Notes: generated from the letters alone by a model not told the origin. A stretch of 64,000 bases of DNA from an uncultured Verrucomicrobiae bacterium (GCA_963707025.1 CAVPOM010000005.1:448001-512000), one strand, 5' to 3'. Numbered from the stretch's first letter, positions 36,705 through 49,199 are shown. A program made the numbers and translations.

Positions 36705-39644
36705 ATGAACCGCATCCCCAATGTCCTGGGCGCCGTGCTGCTCCTGGCGGCGGCGCCTCTGCCGGCGGCTGATATTCTGCCGCCTGGCAATCGCGCCGTC
36801 CCCCTCGGCATCCATGCCCTGACCGGCGGCAAAGTGGTCGTCAAGCCGGGCGAAGTGCTCGCATCGGGCACGATTTTGATCCGGGACGGTTTGATTGAAA
36901 AAGTGGGAACCAACGTGGCCATTCCACCGGACGCGCGGGTTTGGGATTTGAAGGGCCAAGTCATTTACGCGGGATTCATTGACCCGTATCTCACCTTGGG
37001 CAGCAATGCTGCACCCGCCGCGACGGGCCGGCGGGGAGCGCCTCCGGTGCCGGAGCGGGATCTGGCGTTGCGGGCGGGCGGACGTTTTTTTGGCGTGACC
37101 GGCGATGAGCCGGATCCCGGCAATCCCGGCCCCGGCGCCGATCTGGCCAGTGTGGTCGCCGAACACCGGGTGGTGGAAGGTTTCTCCCCTGCCACAAACG
37201 CGCTGCAGAGAATGCGGGAAATCGGCTTTACCTCCGGCAATGTCGTCCCTGAAACGGGCATTATCCGGGGCACCAGCGCGTTTGTGGCGCTGTGCGACGG
37301 CAATCCCAACAACATGGTGATCCGCTCCGACGTTTTTCAGCACGTCGCCTTTGAGACTGGAGGAGGAGGAGGAGGAGGAGGAGGTTTTCCCGGTTCGCTG
37401 ATGGGGATCATCTCGGTGGTGCGGCAGAGTTTTTTTTCCGCGCAGCATGACGCGCTGGACCGCCAGAATTACGCCAGCGCCCCGCAGGCCCGGCCGCGCC
37501 CGGCCTTCAATCCGGCCTGGCAGGCGCTCGGCCCGGCGCTGCGCAAGGAGATGACGGTCGTCTTCGATCCCAGGAGCGCGTTGATGGTGGATCGGGCGGC
37601 ACGGGTGGCGCAGGAGTTGGGCTTGAACTTCTATCTGGTTTCCAGCGGACAGGAATGGCGCCGGCCGGACCTGGCCAAAGCGACGGGCGTTCCGTTTATT
37701 GTGCCGCTCAATTTTCCCGAGGCCCCAAGGATGCCGACGGACGACGACTGGAACTCCGTTTCCCTGGACCAACTGCGCGCGTGGGATTGGGCGCCGCAAA
37801 ATGCCGCGCTGCTGCGCCAGCAGGGTCTGGAAATCGCCCTCACCACTTTCGGTCTGGACACCAAGGCCAATTTCCGGAGAAACCTGCGCGCCGCCCTGGA
37901 CCGCGGCCTTTCCGAGGATGACGCCCTGGCTGCGCTGACGACGGTTCCGGCCAAACTTTGCGGAGTGGACCGCCAACTCGGCACGGTGGAGGCGGGCAAA
38001 ATGGCCGATTTGACGGTGGTTTCCGACAAGGGGTATTTCGACTTGGACGCGAAGATAAAATCGGTCTGGATTGACGGCAAATTCTATCGGATTGACACCG
38101 ATGAAACCAACGCGCCCGCGGGGGAAGGGACCACCAATGCGGCGGCTGCCACCGCCAACCCACCCGGACGCGGCCGAGGCAACAGGGGCGGCCGCGGCGC
38201 CGCCGCCGCCCGGGAACTGGCCAAAAAACTGGTGGCCCGTTCTCCCATGGCGGACCACGGACCCGTCCCGGGCACGCCGCAGGTTTTTTTGCTCACCAAC
38301 GCCACCGTTTGGACCTGCGGACCCCAAGGCCGGCTGGAAGGCGCTTATGTGCTGGTGCAAAACGGGAAAATTGCCAAGGTGGGAAAAGGCCTTCCCGGCA
38401 GCACCGTCCAGGTTGAGACCAACATTGACCTCCACGGCCAGAACGTCACCCCGGGCATTATTGATTGCCACAGCCACAGCATGATTCTGGGCGGAGTCAA
38501 CGAATCCGGTTATCCCTCCTCGGCCATGGTGCGCATTGGCGATGTGGTCAATTCGGAATCACCCAACATTTACGATCAACTGGCCGGCGGGGTGACGGCG
38601 GCCCACCTGTTGCACGGGTCGGCCAACCCCATCGGCGGGCAGAATTGCCTGATTAAATTGCGCGACGGGGCCAGCCCGGAGGGATTGAAATTCGAGGGCG
38701 CCATCGCCAGCATCAAGTTCGCCCTGGGGGAAAACGTCAAACAATCCGGCGGCGGCGGCGGCCGGGGCGGCGGCGGGCGCTTTCCCCAATCGCGCATGGG
38801 TGTGGAAACCTTTTTCGCCAACCGCTTCGTCGCCGCGCAGCAATACTTGAAGAAATGGGACGACTACACCAACGCCGCCAAGGCCGGACCCGCCGTGCCG
38901 CCCGAACGCGACCTGGAACTGGAAGCGCTGGGGGAAGTCCTCCAAGGCAAGCGCCTCATTCACTGCCACTCCTATCGTCAAGATGAAATTTTAATGCTGC
39001 TCCGCCTCATGCAGGGTTTCCATGTGCAGATCGGCTCTTTTCAACACGTCCTGGAGGGTTACAAAGTGGCCGATGAACTGGCCCAGGCCGGCGTGGGCGG
39101 CTCCACTTTCTCCGACTGGTGGGATTACAAGTTCGAGGTCTATGACGCCATTCCCTACAACGGCACCCTCATGCATGATCGCGGCGTCCTGGTCTCCTTC
39201 AATTCCGACAACGACGATCTGGCGCGGCGCCTCTATGCCGAGGCCGCCAAAGCCGTCAAATACGGCGGCGCTGCGGAAGAGGAAGCCTTGAAATTCGTCA
39301 CCCTCAACCCGGCCAAACAATTACGCGTGGACAACCGCGTCGGGTCCCTGGAGCCGGGCAAGGACGCCGACTTCGCCATCTGGTCGAAATCGCCGCTGGA
39401 TTCCGCCACCGTCTGCCTGGAAACGTGGATTGAAGGCAAAAAATATTTCGACCGCTCGCTCGCGCCCGCGCGCGACGAGGCCATCGCGAAGGAACGCCAG
39501 GCCTTGCTGGCCAAAGCCAAAGGAACCTCCGCCAGCGCCGGCCCATCCGGAGGCGATGCCGCCGCCCAGCAGCAGTTTTTTGAAACCGCCCTCGAACAAC
39601 AGAGCCAATCCGACGACGAAAATGCGGAGGCCGCCATCCAATGA
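36705..39644 (+). CDS. Secreted two-domain amidohydrolase-family protein
   Basis: Two amidohydrolase units; second has IDCHSH, HCHSYRQDE and QHVLE, first has IDPY instead of HxH. Confidence 0.85.
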   Translation: MNRIPNVLGAVLLLAAAPLPAADILPPGNRAVPLGIHALTGGKVVVKPGEVLASGTILIRDGLIEKVGTNVAIPPDARVWDLKGQVIYAGFIDPYLTLGSNAAPAATGRRGAPPVPERDLALRAGGRFFGVTGDEPDPGNPGPGADLASVVAEHRVVEGFSPATNALQRMREIGFTSGNVVPETGIIRGTSAFVALCDGNPNNMVIRSDVFQHVAFETGGGGGGGGGFPGSLMGIISVVRQSFFSAQHDALDRQNYASAPQARPRPAFNPAWQALGPALRKEMTVVFDPRSALMVDRAARVAQELGLNFYLVSSGQEWRRPDLAKATGVPFIVPLNFPEAPRMPTDDDWNSVSLDQLRAWDWAPQNAALLRQQGLEIALTTFGLDTKANFRRNLRAALDRGLSEDDALAALTTVPAKLCGVDRQLGTVEAGKMADLTVVSDKGYFDLDAKIKSVWIDGKFYRIDTDETNAPAGEGTTNAAAATANPPGRGRGNRGGRGAAAARELAKKLVARSPMADHGPVPGTPQVFLLTNATVWTCGPQGRLEGAYVLVQNGKIAKVGKGLPGSTVQVETNIDLHGQNVTPGIIDCHSHSMILGGVNESGYPSSAMVRIGDVVNSESPNIYDQLAGGVTAAHLLHGSANPIGGQNCLIKLRDGASPEGLKFEGAIASIKFALGENVKQSGGGGGRGGGGRFPQSRMGVETFFANRFVAAQQYLKKWDDYTNAAKAGPAVPPERDLELEALGEVLQGKRLIHCHSYRQDEILMLLRLMQGFHVQIGSFQHVLEGYKVADELAQAGVGGSTFSDWWDYKFEVYDAIPYNGTLMHDRGVLVSFNSDNDDLARRLYAEAAKAVKYGGAAEEEALKFVTLNPAKQLRVDNRVGSLEPGKDADFAIWSKSPLDSATVCLETWIEGKKYFDRSLAPARDEAIAKERQALLAKAKGTSASAGPSGGDAAAQQQFFETALEQQSQSDDENAEAAIQ
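37359..37382 (+). repeat. (GGA)8 trinucleotide repeat encoding poly-Gly
   Basis: Eight perfect GGA codons in a gene that otherwise favours GGC. Confidence 0.9.
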
Positions 39645-39645
39645 T

Positions 39646-41013
39646 ATGAAATTGCGGACTTCCCATCTGCTTTTCCTGTGGACACCCCTGCTCGTGGCGT
39701 CTCTGTTCCTGGCCCGCCCGGCTTTGGGGGAAACGATCCTGCTCAAGAACGCCACGGTCCACACCGTCTCGGGCCAGGTTTTATCACCGGGCGACGTGCT
39801 GATTGAAAACGGCAAGATTCTCGCCGTCGGCCAGGCCGCCCAAAAGGCGGACCACGTTGTGGATCTGAAAGGCCAGCATCTTTATCCGGGGTTGATCGCC
39901 CTGAACACCGCGTTGGGCCTGGTTGAAATCGCCGCGGTGCGCGCCAGCAGCGATGAGGCCGATGTCGGCCAATTCATTCCCGATGTCCGCTCATGGATCG
40001 CCGTCAATCCGGATTCGGAATTGATTCCCGTGGCCCGCGCCAACGGCGTCACTATTGTGGAACCCACCCCGGAGGGCGGCGGCCTGGTGGCCGGCCAGTC
40101 TGGATTGATTGCCCTCGATGGCTGGACGAGTGAAAAAATGGCGTTCAAGACACCGGACGCCCTCCATGTTTATTGGCCGGACATGAACATTAGCGCCACG
40201 GGGCGGCGCGGCGGCGGCGGCGGTGTCGGCGGTCGCGGCCGCGGCGGCAGAGGCGGCGGCGGCAACCTGGATGAACAGGACCGGGAGCGCCTCCTCAGAA
40301 TCAAGGAATTGGACGATTACTTCACAGACGCCCGCGCCTACGATCAGGCCCGCCAAGCCGCCAAGGACAAGGGCGCGCCCGATCCGGGCCTCAACCCCTC
40401 CTGGGAGGCCATGCTTCCCTATGTGCGCGGCCAGCTCCCCATCATGGTCCACGCGGAGGACGCCCGCCAAATCAAGGCGGCGCTGAAATGGGCCGCGGCC
40501 AACCAGTGCAAAATCATCATCGCCGGCGGACGCGACGCCTGGATGGCGGCCGATCTGCTGGCCAAGGCCGGCGTCCCCGTTATATACGACAACGTTTATA
40601 CGATGCCGGCCCGCGATTTCAAACCCTACGACATCCAGTACAAGGCGCCGGAAATCCTGCGCCAAGCCGGCGTGAAGGTGGCCATCAGCATCGGCGCGGG
40701 AGGGAGGGAACCCTCCGAAGATCCATCCGCGGTGAGAAACCTCCCTTATGCCGCGGCCATGGCTGTGGCCTTTGGCTTGCCGGCGGAAGAAGCGCTCAAA
40801 GGCATCACCCTTTATCCGGCCCAAATCATGGGTGTGGCCGACCGCCTCGGTTCCATCGAGGCGGGCAAGGACGCCACCCTGTTTGCCTGCGATGGCGACA
40901 TTCTGGACCTTCGCGCCAACGTCAAGCACGTCTGGATCGCCGGCCATGAAGTTTCCCTGGAAACCCGCCACACCCGCCTCTACGACAAATATAAAAACCG
41001 CCCCAAGCCGTAA
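39646..41013 (+). CDS. Secreted amidohydrolase-family partner protein (metal ligands degenerate)
   Basis: Signal peptide, YPGLIALNT in place of DxHxH, RLGSIEAGKDA; starts 1 nt after the previous stop. Confidence 0.85.
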   Translation: MKLRTSHLLFLWTPLLVASLFLARPALGETILLKNATVHTVSGQVLSPGDVLIENGKILAVGQAAQKADHVVDLKGQHLYPGLIALNTALGLVEIAAVRASSDEADVGQFIPDVRSWIAVNPDSELIPVARANGVTIVEPTPEGGGLVAGQSGLIALDGWTSEKMAFKTPDALHVYWPDMNISATGRRGGGGGVGGRGRGGRGGGGNLDEQDRERLLRIKELDDYFTDARAYDQARQAAKDKGAPDPGLNPSWEAMLPYVRGQLPIMVHAEDARQIKAALKWAAANQCKIIIAGGRDAWMAADLLAKAGVPVIYDNVYTMPARDFKPYDIQYKAPEILRQAGVKVAISIGAGGREPSEDPSAVRNLPYAAAMAVAFGLPAEEALKGITLYPAQIMGVADRLGSIEAGKDATLFACDGDILDLRANVKHVWIAGHEVSLETRHTRLYDKYKNRPKP

Positions 41014-41060
41014 GCGAAGCATCCGTCCTATCTGTCCCATTGGTCCTATCCCTTGCCGAT

Positions 41061-41089
41061 TTGACACCGCGCCAGCCTCTCCGTACCTT
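41061..41089 (+). promoter_or_regulatory. Sigma70 promoter of uvrB, probably leaderless
   Basis: TTGACA-N17-TACCTT, then 6 nt to ATG 41096. Confidence 0.7.
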
Positions 41090-41095
41090 GCCTCC

Positions 41096-43141
<2,046 letters not shown>

Positions 43142-43203
43142 ACGCCGGTCTGTGCCGGCCGTATTAAGGCTGTTTAAGAAATTGTGCAGCCGTGAATGAG
43201 GAT

Positions 43204-43263
43204 GGTAGGGCGCGCACTCCGTGCGCGCCGCGGCGGGCAATCCCGGCCTGCCGGGACCCTACC
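43204..43263. repeat. GTAG-type REP doublet
   Basis: ggtagggcgcgcactccgtgcgcgccg...ccctacc; first 36 nt match the reverse complement of 49355-49390 at 35/36. Confidence 0.8.
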
Positions 43264-43509
43264 GCGTGATGCGGCTACAGCATTTGTGAAACCGCTCTCG
43301 TCCGATGCCATGGCCCTGGCAAAATCGCCGACCCGCCGGCAGCCAAACCCGCGTTTCCCCCAAACTATTTTCGCTTTTGCAAATCCACTTGTTTGGGGGC
43401 AAAACCAGTTCAAAAACCATCTGACCCGCGCCGTCCCAATCAACGTAAAAAACAAAATGATGACCCGAAATCCAAAAAGCCGGCCAATTTGCAAGGTGCG
43501 CGTGCCCGC

Positions 43510-43542
43510 CATTTTGCATTTTGCATTCTGCATTTTGCCTTT
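43510..43542. repeat. Heptamer tandem repeat (CATTTTG)
   Basis: cattttg cattttg cattctg cattttg ccttt. Confidence 0.8.
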
Positions 43543-43576
43543 ATCATTGGCCCCGCCAACGATGAATCCCTGAATT

Positions 43577-45409
43577 ATGGCCGAGAGCAAAAAACATGTT
43601 TACGACGAGAGCAAAATCAAAACGCTCTCCTCCCTGGAACACATCCGCCTGCGCACCGGCATGTACATCGGCCGCATCGGCGACGGCTCCCATTGCGACG
43701 ACGGCTGCTACATCCTGATCAAGGAGATCATTGATAACGCGGTGGACGAATTCATCATGGGCTACGGCAAGGAAGTGCAGCTTAACATCGAGGGTCACAC
43801 CGTCGCCATCCGTGATTTCGGCCGCGGCATCCCCCTGGGCAAGGTGGTGGATTGCGTCTCCAAAATCAACACCGGCGCCAAATACAACGACGACGTCTTC
43901 CAGTTCAGCGTCGGCCTCAACGGCGTCGGCACCAAGGCCGTCAACGCCTTGTCCCGGGAATTCCTGGTGCGCAGCCATCGCGGCGGCGAATTTGTGGAGG
44001 CCTCCTTCAAAACCGGCCGGCTGAAAAGCGAAAAGAACGGCAAGGCGCCGGGCGAACCGGACGGAACCTTCATCCGCTTCGTGCCCGACCCGGAGATTTT
44101 CAAAGAGTGGCAGTTCCGCCCGGAATGGGTGGAACGGCGCCTGCGCCATTACAGCTACCTCAACAGCGGCCTCAAGCTCATTTACAACGGCCAGACCTTC
44201 GTCTCGCGCAACGGCCTGTTGGATCTGGTGCTGGAGGATTTGCGCGCCGACAACGCCGAGCCGATTTATCCGCCGCTCCATTATGCCGGCAAAACGCTCG
44301 AGTTTTGTTTCACCCACAGCAACAGCCGTTACGGCGAGACTTTTTTCTCCTTCGTCAACGGCCAGTACACCAGCGACGGCGGCACCCACCTCAGCGCCTT
44401 TCGCGAGGGCCTGCTCAAGGCCGTCAATGAATTTGCCAGGGGGAAATTCGAGGGCGACGACGTGCGCGAGTGCATGATCGGCGCCGTTTCCATCCGCCTG
44501 AAGGACCCGGTCTTTGAATCGCAAACCAAAAACAAGCTCGGCAACACCGAAATCCGCTCCGATCTGGTCAACACCGTGCGCGAGGAATTGCTCCATTTTT
44601 TCAACCGCAACAAGGAGGTCGCGGAAAAAATCATGGCCAAGGCCGAGGACACCCGGCAGTTGCGCAAGGAATTGCAGGAAGTCAAAAAACTGGCCCGCGA
44701 GCGCGCCAAGGCCATCACCCTGCGCATCCCCCAGCTCAAGGACTGCAAACTTCATTTTGACAAGGCGAAGGGCAAGGGCCGCGGCTCCATGATTTTCCTC
44801 ACCGAAGGCCAGTCCGCCGCCGGCTCCATCGTCAGTTGCCGCGACGTCGCCACCCAGGCCATTTTCGTCCTCAAAGGCAAGCCGCTCAACGTCTGGGACC
44901 TCAAGCGCGACATTGTCTATCGCAACGACGAGCTGTACAACCTCATGCGCAGCCTGGACATCGAAGACAACCTGGAGGGCCTGCGCTACGAGAAAGTCAT
45001 CCTGGCCACCGATGCCGACGTGGACGGCCTGCACATCCGCAACTTGCTCATCACCTATTTCTTCCGTTTTTTCGAGCATCTGGTCCACGACGGCCATCTC
45101 TTCGTGCTGGAAACACCCCTCTTCCGCGTGCGCAACCGCGAGCAAACCATTTACTGCTACAGCGAGGCCGAGCGCGACGCCGCCGTGGCCAGGCTGGGCC
45201 AGAGCGCCGAGATCACCCGTTTCAAGGGCCTGGGCGAAATCACTCCGTCCGAATTCAAACAATTCATCGGCGACCGGATGAGATTGAGCCAGGTGGAATA
45301 CGCCGCCAAGCCCGAGGCCGCGGGAATCCTGGGATTTTACATGGGCAAAAACACCCCCGAGCGCAAAGACTACATCATGGAGAACCTCGTCGTGCCTGTG
45401 GAGGATTGA
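43577..45409 (+). CDS. parE: Type IIA topoisomerase B subunit (topoisomerase IV type)
   Basis: EIIDNAVDE, GRGIP, GLNGVG, FESQTK, TEGQSA, LKGK, TDADVDG, RFKGLGE, MGKNTPERK. Confidence 0.9.
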   Translation: MAESKKHVYDESKIKTLSSLEHIRLRTGMYIGRIGDGSHCDDGCYILIKEIIDNAVDEFIMGYGKEVQLNIEGHTVAIRDFGRGIPLGKVVDCVSKINTGAKYNDDVFQFSVGLNGVGTKAVNALSREFLVRSHRGGEFVEASFKTGRLKSEKNGKAPGEPDGTFIRFVPDPEIFKEWQFRPEWVERRLRHYSYLNSGLKLIYNGQTFVSRNGLLDLVLEDLRADNAEPIYPPLHYAGKTLEFCFTHSNSRYGETFFSFVNGQYTSDGGTHLSAFREGLLKAVNEFARGKFEGDDVRECMIGAVSIRLKDPVFESQTKNKLGNTEIRSDLVNTVREELLHFFNRNKEVAEKIMAKAEDTRQLRKELQEVKKLARERAKAITLRIPQLKDCKLHFDKAKGKGRGSMIFLTEGQSAAGSIVSCRDVATQAIFVLKGKPLNVWDLKRDIVYRNDELYNLMRSLDIEDNLEGLRYEKVILATDADVDGLHIRNLLITYFFRFFEHLVHDGHLFVLETPLFRVRNREQTIYCYSEAERDAAVARLGQSAEITRFKGLGEITPSEFKQFIGDRMRLSQVEYAAKPEAAGILGFYMGKNTPERKDYIMENLVVPVED

Positions 45410-45465
45410 CCGCCGAATTGCTCAATGTCACTTGCACCCATGCGGTGCCCTGATAAACTTACATT

Positions 45466-45864
45466 ATGAGCAGCAAAGAAATCGCCGTGGCCTTGATCGG
45501 CAAATTGCCGGAGGAAGCAACATTGAAGGACATCGCCCAGCAAATTGAGATGATCGCTGGCTCTGAGATCGGCCATATTCATCGCGATGCTCAGGGGCGA
45601 GCATGGATTGACGATACCAACGTCAAGGTCATCGAAGTGGTTCTTGACCATTTGGCGACGGGCTCGTCCTCCGAAGAAATTCACGTTCAGTATCCGCACC
45701 TTTCGCTGGCGCAAATTCATGCGGCGCTGGCCTTTTATCACGACAATCGGGATGAGTTCGACGATGAAATCAATCGCGGGGTGAATCAAGCCGATTCGGC
45801 TTGGGCCGCCAATCAGAACTCCCCACTCCGGCAGCGTTTGCGGGCTTTGGGCAAACTTCGGTGA
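45466..45864 (+). CDS. DUF433 antitoxin with an extra N-terminal antitoxin-like segment
   Basis: GRAWIDDTNVKV...EEIHVQYPHLSLAQIHAALAFYHDN is DUF433-like; GTGA overlap with the PIN gene. Confidence 0.8.
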   Translation: MSSKEIAVALIGKLPEEATLKDIAQQIEMIAGSEIGHIHRDAQGRAWIDDTNVKVIEVVLDHLATGSSSEEIHVQYPHLSLAQIHAALAFYHDNRDEFDDEINRGVNQADSAWAANQNSPLRQRLRALGKLR

Positions 45865-46211
45865 GTGTGGCCCTTTACATGGATGTGCATGTGCCCCGCG
45901 CCATCACGGTCGCTCTTCGCGCTCGTGGTATGGATGTCCTTACCGCGCAGGAGGATGAGGCGGCCCTTTTCTCGGATTCCGAATTGCTTGACAGAACCCG
46001 TGAGCTTCTTCGTGTGCTTTTCAGCCGCGACGAGGACTTGCTGGCTGAAACAGCCGCACGCCAGAGATCTGGCCGAACTTTTTCAGGTTTGGTTTATGCC
46101 CATCAATTGCGCGTCACGATTGGCCAATGTATCAACGATCTTGAATTGATTGGAAAACTTTGTGAGCCAGACGACTTGGTAAATCGCGTCGAGCATCTGC
46201 CGTTAAGGTAG
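45861..46211 (+). CDS. DUF5615 PIN-like toxin (VapC45-like)
   Basis: LYMDVHVP...LRARGMDV...SDSELL...RVLFSRDEDL. Confidence 0.85.
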   Translation: MSVALYMDVHVPRAITVALRARGMDVLTAQEDEAALFSDSELLDRTRELLRVLFSRDEDLLAETAARQRSGRTFSGLVYAHQLRVTIGQCINDLELIGKLCEPDDLVNRVEHLPLR

Positions 46212-46222
46212 CCAACGAAAAT

Positions 46223-48307
46223 ATGGCATCCAAACGCAAACCAGAAGATCCGCCGCCAACACTGCCGCCGGCGGCGCAACCATCCGCCGACTCGCCCGCT
46301 GCTGAAAGGCACGTCCAGGCGGAGCAAGTAGAACTGGCGCCGCACCGGCCGTTCGTGCCGGGAAAAATTGATCTCGCGCTGCACAAACGCGTGGACCGCA
46401 GTTTCCTGGACTACGCCTCCTACGTCATCCGCGACCGCGCCATTCCCAAGTTGTCCGACGGCCTCAAACCGGTGCAGCGCCGCATCCTGTGGGCCATGCA
46501 CGAAAGCGATGACGGACGCTTCACCAAGGTGGCCAATGTGCGGGGCGACGCCACCAAATACCATCCGCACGGGGATGCTTCCATTGACGCCGCCCTGGTC
46601 GTGCTGGCCAACAAACGCTACCTCATCGAAGGCCAGGGAAATTTTGGCAACCTCCACACCGGCGATCCGGCCGCCGCGCCCCGCTACATCGAATGCCGCC
46701 TGACCGAACTGGCCCGCACCGAGCTGTTCAACGATGCGCTCACCGAATTTGTCCCCAGCTACGACGGCCGAAAAATGGAGCCGGTCGCGCTGCCCAGCAA
46801 ACTTCCCCTGCTGCTCATGCTGGGGACCGAGGGCATCGCCGTCGGCATGTCGTGCTGCATCCTGCCGCACAATTTCCCCGAATTGCTCCAGGCGCAAATC
46901 GCCATTCTGAAGAAACAGCCGTTCAAAGTGCTGCCCGATTTCCAAACCGGCGGCCTGATGGACGCCCGCCAATACCGCGACGGCGCCGGCAGCGTCAAGA
47001 TGCGCGCCAAAATCAAAGTCAAGGACGCCTCCACCGTCGTCATCCAGGAAATCCCCCCCAACACCACCACCGAAACGCTCCTCGCCTCCATCGAGGACGC
47101 CTCGCGCAAGGGCAAGATCAAGGTGAGGAGCATCAACGATTTCACGGCGGAAGAGGTGGAAATCGAAGTCAAGGCCCCAAGCGGCGTCACGGCGGAACAA
47201 TTGGTGGACGCCCTTTACGCCTTCACGGATTGCGAAACCACCCTCTCCAGCCGCCTGGCGGTCATCCGGGACAACCGGCCGGTGGAGATGACGGTATCGG
47301 AGGTGTTGCGGGAAAACACCGCGCAGCTGGTGGCCACGCTGAAGCGCGAGCTGGAATTGCGCGAGAGCCAGCTCCAGCAGGAACTCCATTCCAAAACGCT
47401 CGTGCGTATTTTCATCGAAAATCGTATTTACAAGACCATCGAACCCTGCCGCACCAACGAAGCCGTGCTCCGGGCCGTGCAGGACGGTTTCAAGCCGTTC
47501 CGCCGCCAGATGTACCGCGAGCTGGCCGCCGGGGACCTGGAGATGCTCCTGGGCGTGCGCATCCGGCGCATTTCGCTCTTTGACATCAACAAACATCGCG
47601 AGGAGATGGACCAGATCAAGGCCGATTTGGAGCAAACCCGCGGGCATCTGAAGAATGTCAACCGCTACGCCATCGCCCATCTGGAGGCGCTTCTGGCCAA
47701 ATACGGCCCCCTCTATCCGCGCCTGACCAAGTCCAGCCGCTACGACGAGGTGGACGCGCGCGAGGCCGCCTTCAAGGCCTTCAAAGTGGCCTACGACCGC
47801 CCGTCCGGCTACCTGGGCCACAAAGTTTCCGGGGAGGAATTCAAACTGGACTGCACCAAGTTTGACAAGCTGCTGATGGTGTTCAAGGACGGCCACTACA
47901 AAGTGGTGGAGCTGCCCGAAAAAATGTTCGTCGGGCCGGACCTGGTTTTTTGCGCGCTGCCCGAACGCGAACGGGTCATGACCCTGGCCTACACCAATCG
48001 CGACGCCAGCTATGTGAAACGGTTCACCTTTGGCGGGACGATTTTGAACAAGGAGTATTTCTGCATTCCACCAAAGTCAAGAATACTTTTCTTTGAACCG
48101 GACACTCCGGCGGAGCTGTTCATCCGCTACAAGGCCGCGCCCTATCAAAAGATCAACCAGCAAACCTGCCAGCCGGCGCAGGTGGAAGTCAAAGGCCCCA
48201 AAACCCGCGGGCGGCAGATTTCCATCAAGGAAGTCGCCGCCATCAACAGCAAGCCGCCGCGCGGCTGGGACCCGGCGGCGGCGACGACAAAATTGGAATT
48301 CGTATGA
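46223..48307 (+). CDS. parC: Type IIA topoisomerase A subunit (topoisomerase IV type)
   Basis: FLDYASYVI, DGLKPVQRR, YHPHGD, QGNFG, AAPRY catalytic Tyr; short CTD, no GyrA-box seen. Confidence 0.9.
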   Translation: MASKRKPEDPPPTLPPAAQPSADSPAAERHVQAEQVELAPHRPFVPGKIDLALHKRVDRSFLDYASYVIRDRAIPKLSDGLKPVQRRILWAMHESDDGRFTKVANVRGDATKYHPHGDASIDAALVVLANKRYLIEGQGNFGNLHTGDPAAAPRYIECRLTELARTELFNDALTEFVPSYDGRKMEPVALPSKLPLLLMLGTEGIAVGMSCCILPHNFPELLQAQIAILKKQPFKVLPDFQTGGLMDARQYRDGAGSVKMRAKIKVKDASTVVIQEIPPNTTTETLLASIEDASRKGKIKVRSINDFTAEEVEIEVKAPSGVTAEQLVDALYAFTDCETTLSSRLAVIRDNRPVEMTVSEVLRENTAQLVATLKRELELRESQLQQELHSKTLVRIFIENRIYKTIEPCRTNEAVLRAVQDGFKPFRRQMYRELAAGDLEMLLGVRIRRISLFDINKHREEMDQIKADLEQTRGHLKNVNRYAIAHLEALLAKYGPLYPRLTKSSRYDEVDAREAAFKAFKVAYDRPSGYLGHKVSGEEFKLDCTKFDKLLMVFKDGHYKVVELPEKMFVGPDLVFCALPERERVMTLAYTNRDASYVKRFTFGGTILNKEYFCIPPKSRILFFEPDTPAELFIRYKAAPYQKINQQTCQPAQVEVKGPKTRGRQISIKEVAAINSKPPRGWDPAAATTKLEFV

Positions 48308-48317
48308 GAACCGGCCC

Positions 48318-48389
48318 TGTAGCGTCGGCGCTGTGCGCCGATTCCATTTCCTCTCCCCACGCAGTGGAGAAAGATGGCCAGGGAGAGGG
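48318..48389. repeat. GTAG REP hairpin followed by a CCTCTCCC...GGGAGAGGG palindrome
   Basis: tgtagcgtcggcgctgtgcgccga (48318-48341); cctctcccc...gggagaggg (48350-48389), related to 59348-59381. Confidence 0.65.
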
Positions 48390-48418
48390 ATTCATTCCAT
48401 CCAATGGCGGGCGTCGGC

Positions 48419-48628
48419 TTAACCGCCGAAGTGCAGAACAGAACCACCCAAACGGCGGCCTTTTGTGATCCTTAGCCGTACTTCGAGGCTGATTTCCTTT
48501 TCGATGCGGGCGCGGTCCTTCTCCGAAGCCTTGGCCAGTTCGCCGGCGCGGGCCTGGCGCAGTTCGCCGGCCAGGCGCTCGATCTCTTGCTTCGGTACGG
48601 CATAACCTGGCGGCACGATTGGTCTCAT
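48419..48628 (-). CDS. Small hypothetical protein
   Basis: 69-aa charged helical ORF filling the gap; divergent from the ECF sigma gene. Confidence 0.5.
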   Translation of the reverse strand: MRPIVPPGYAVPKQEIERLAGELRQARAGELAKASEKDRARIEKEISLEVRLRITKGRRLGGSVLHFGG

Positions 48629-48685
48629 AAATTTGCCAATCATTTTAGACAGGATTTGGGGCGAGTAACGTCTTAAATTAAAGAG

Positions 48686-49199
48686 ATGGCATCATCGCCC
48701 GACATCGCACGGCTCTACGACGCCCACGCCCCCGCCCTGTTCGCCTTCCTCCTGAACCTGTTGCGCAACGAAGCGGACACTTTCGATGTCATGCAGGATT
48801 TGTTCATCAAGCTGGGCCGGCGTTCCGGGCTTGTTGCAGGGCGTGCGCGAGGAACGCGGCTTCCTTTTGCGGATGGCCCACAACGCCGCCATTGACTTGA
48901 TTCGCCGGCACGACGCGCGCGAAAGGAATTACGCCCAGCTCGCCCGCGAACAGATTTGGCTCTTCGCCAAAAGTCCCGATCCTGACGAACAACTCTTCCG
49001 CGAAAAACTGGCCGCAGCCCTCGGCGAACTTCCTCCCGACCAGCGCGCCGTCGTCCATTTAAAGCTTTGGGAAAAGCTCACCTTCGAGGCCATTGCCGAA
49101 ACCCTGGAAATCCCCCTGAACACCGCCGCCAGCCGGTACCGCTACGGATTAGACAAATTGCGCGACCGGCTGCGTCCCCTCTATGACGAAATCAAATGA
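48686..49199 (+). CDS. ECF sigma70 factor, frameshifted near 48823
   Basis: Region 2 LYDAHAPALFAF...DVMQDLF in frame 1; HNAAID...LPPDQRAVVHLK...FEAIAETLEIPLNTAASRYRYG in frame 2; one extra T in cgTtccg. Confidence 0.85.

Noticed and set aside
43577..48307. DNA gyrase gyrB/gyrA
   Set aside because: The A subunit has a short CTD with no GyrA-box seen; topoisomerase IV-type fits better, though phylogeny is needed to confirm
48647..48676. Shared ECF promoter (CGTC -10) before the sigma gene and before 52160
   Set aside because: The -35 elements and spacing disagree between the two sites
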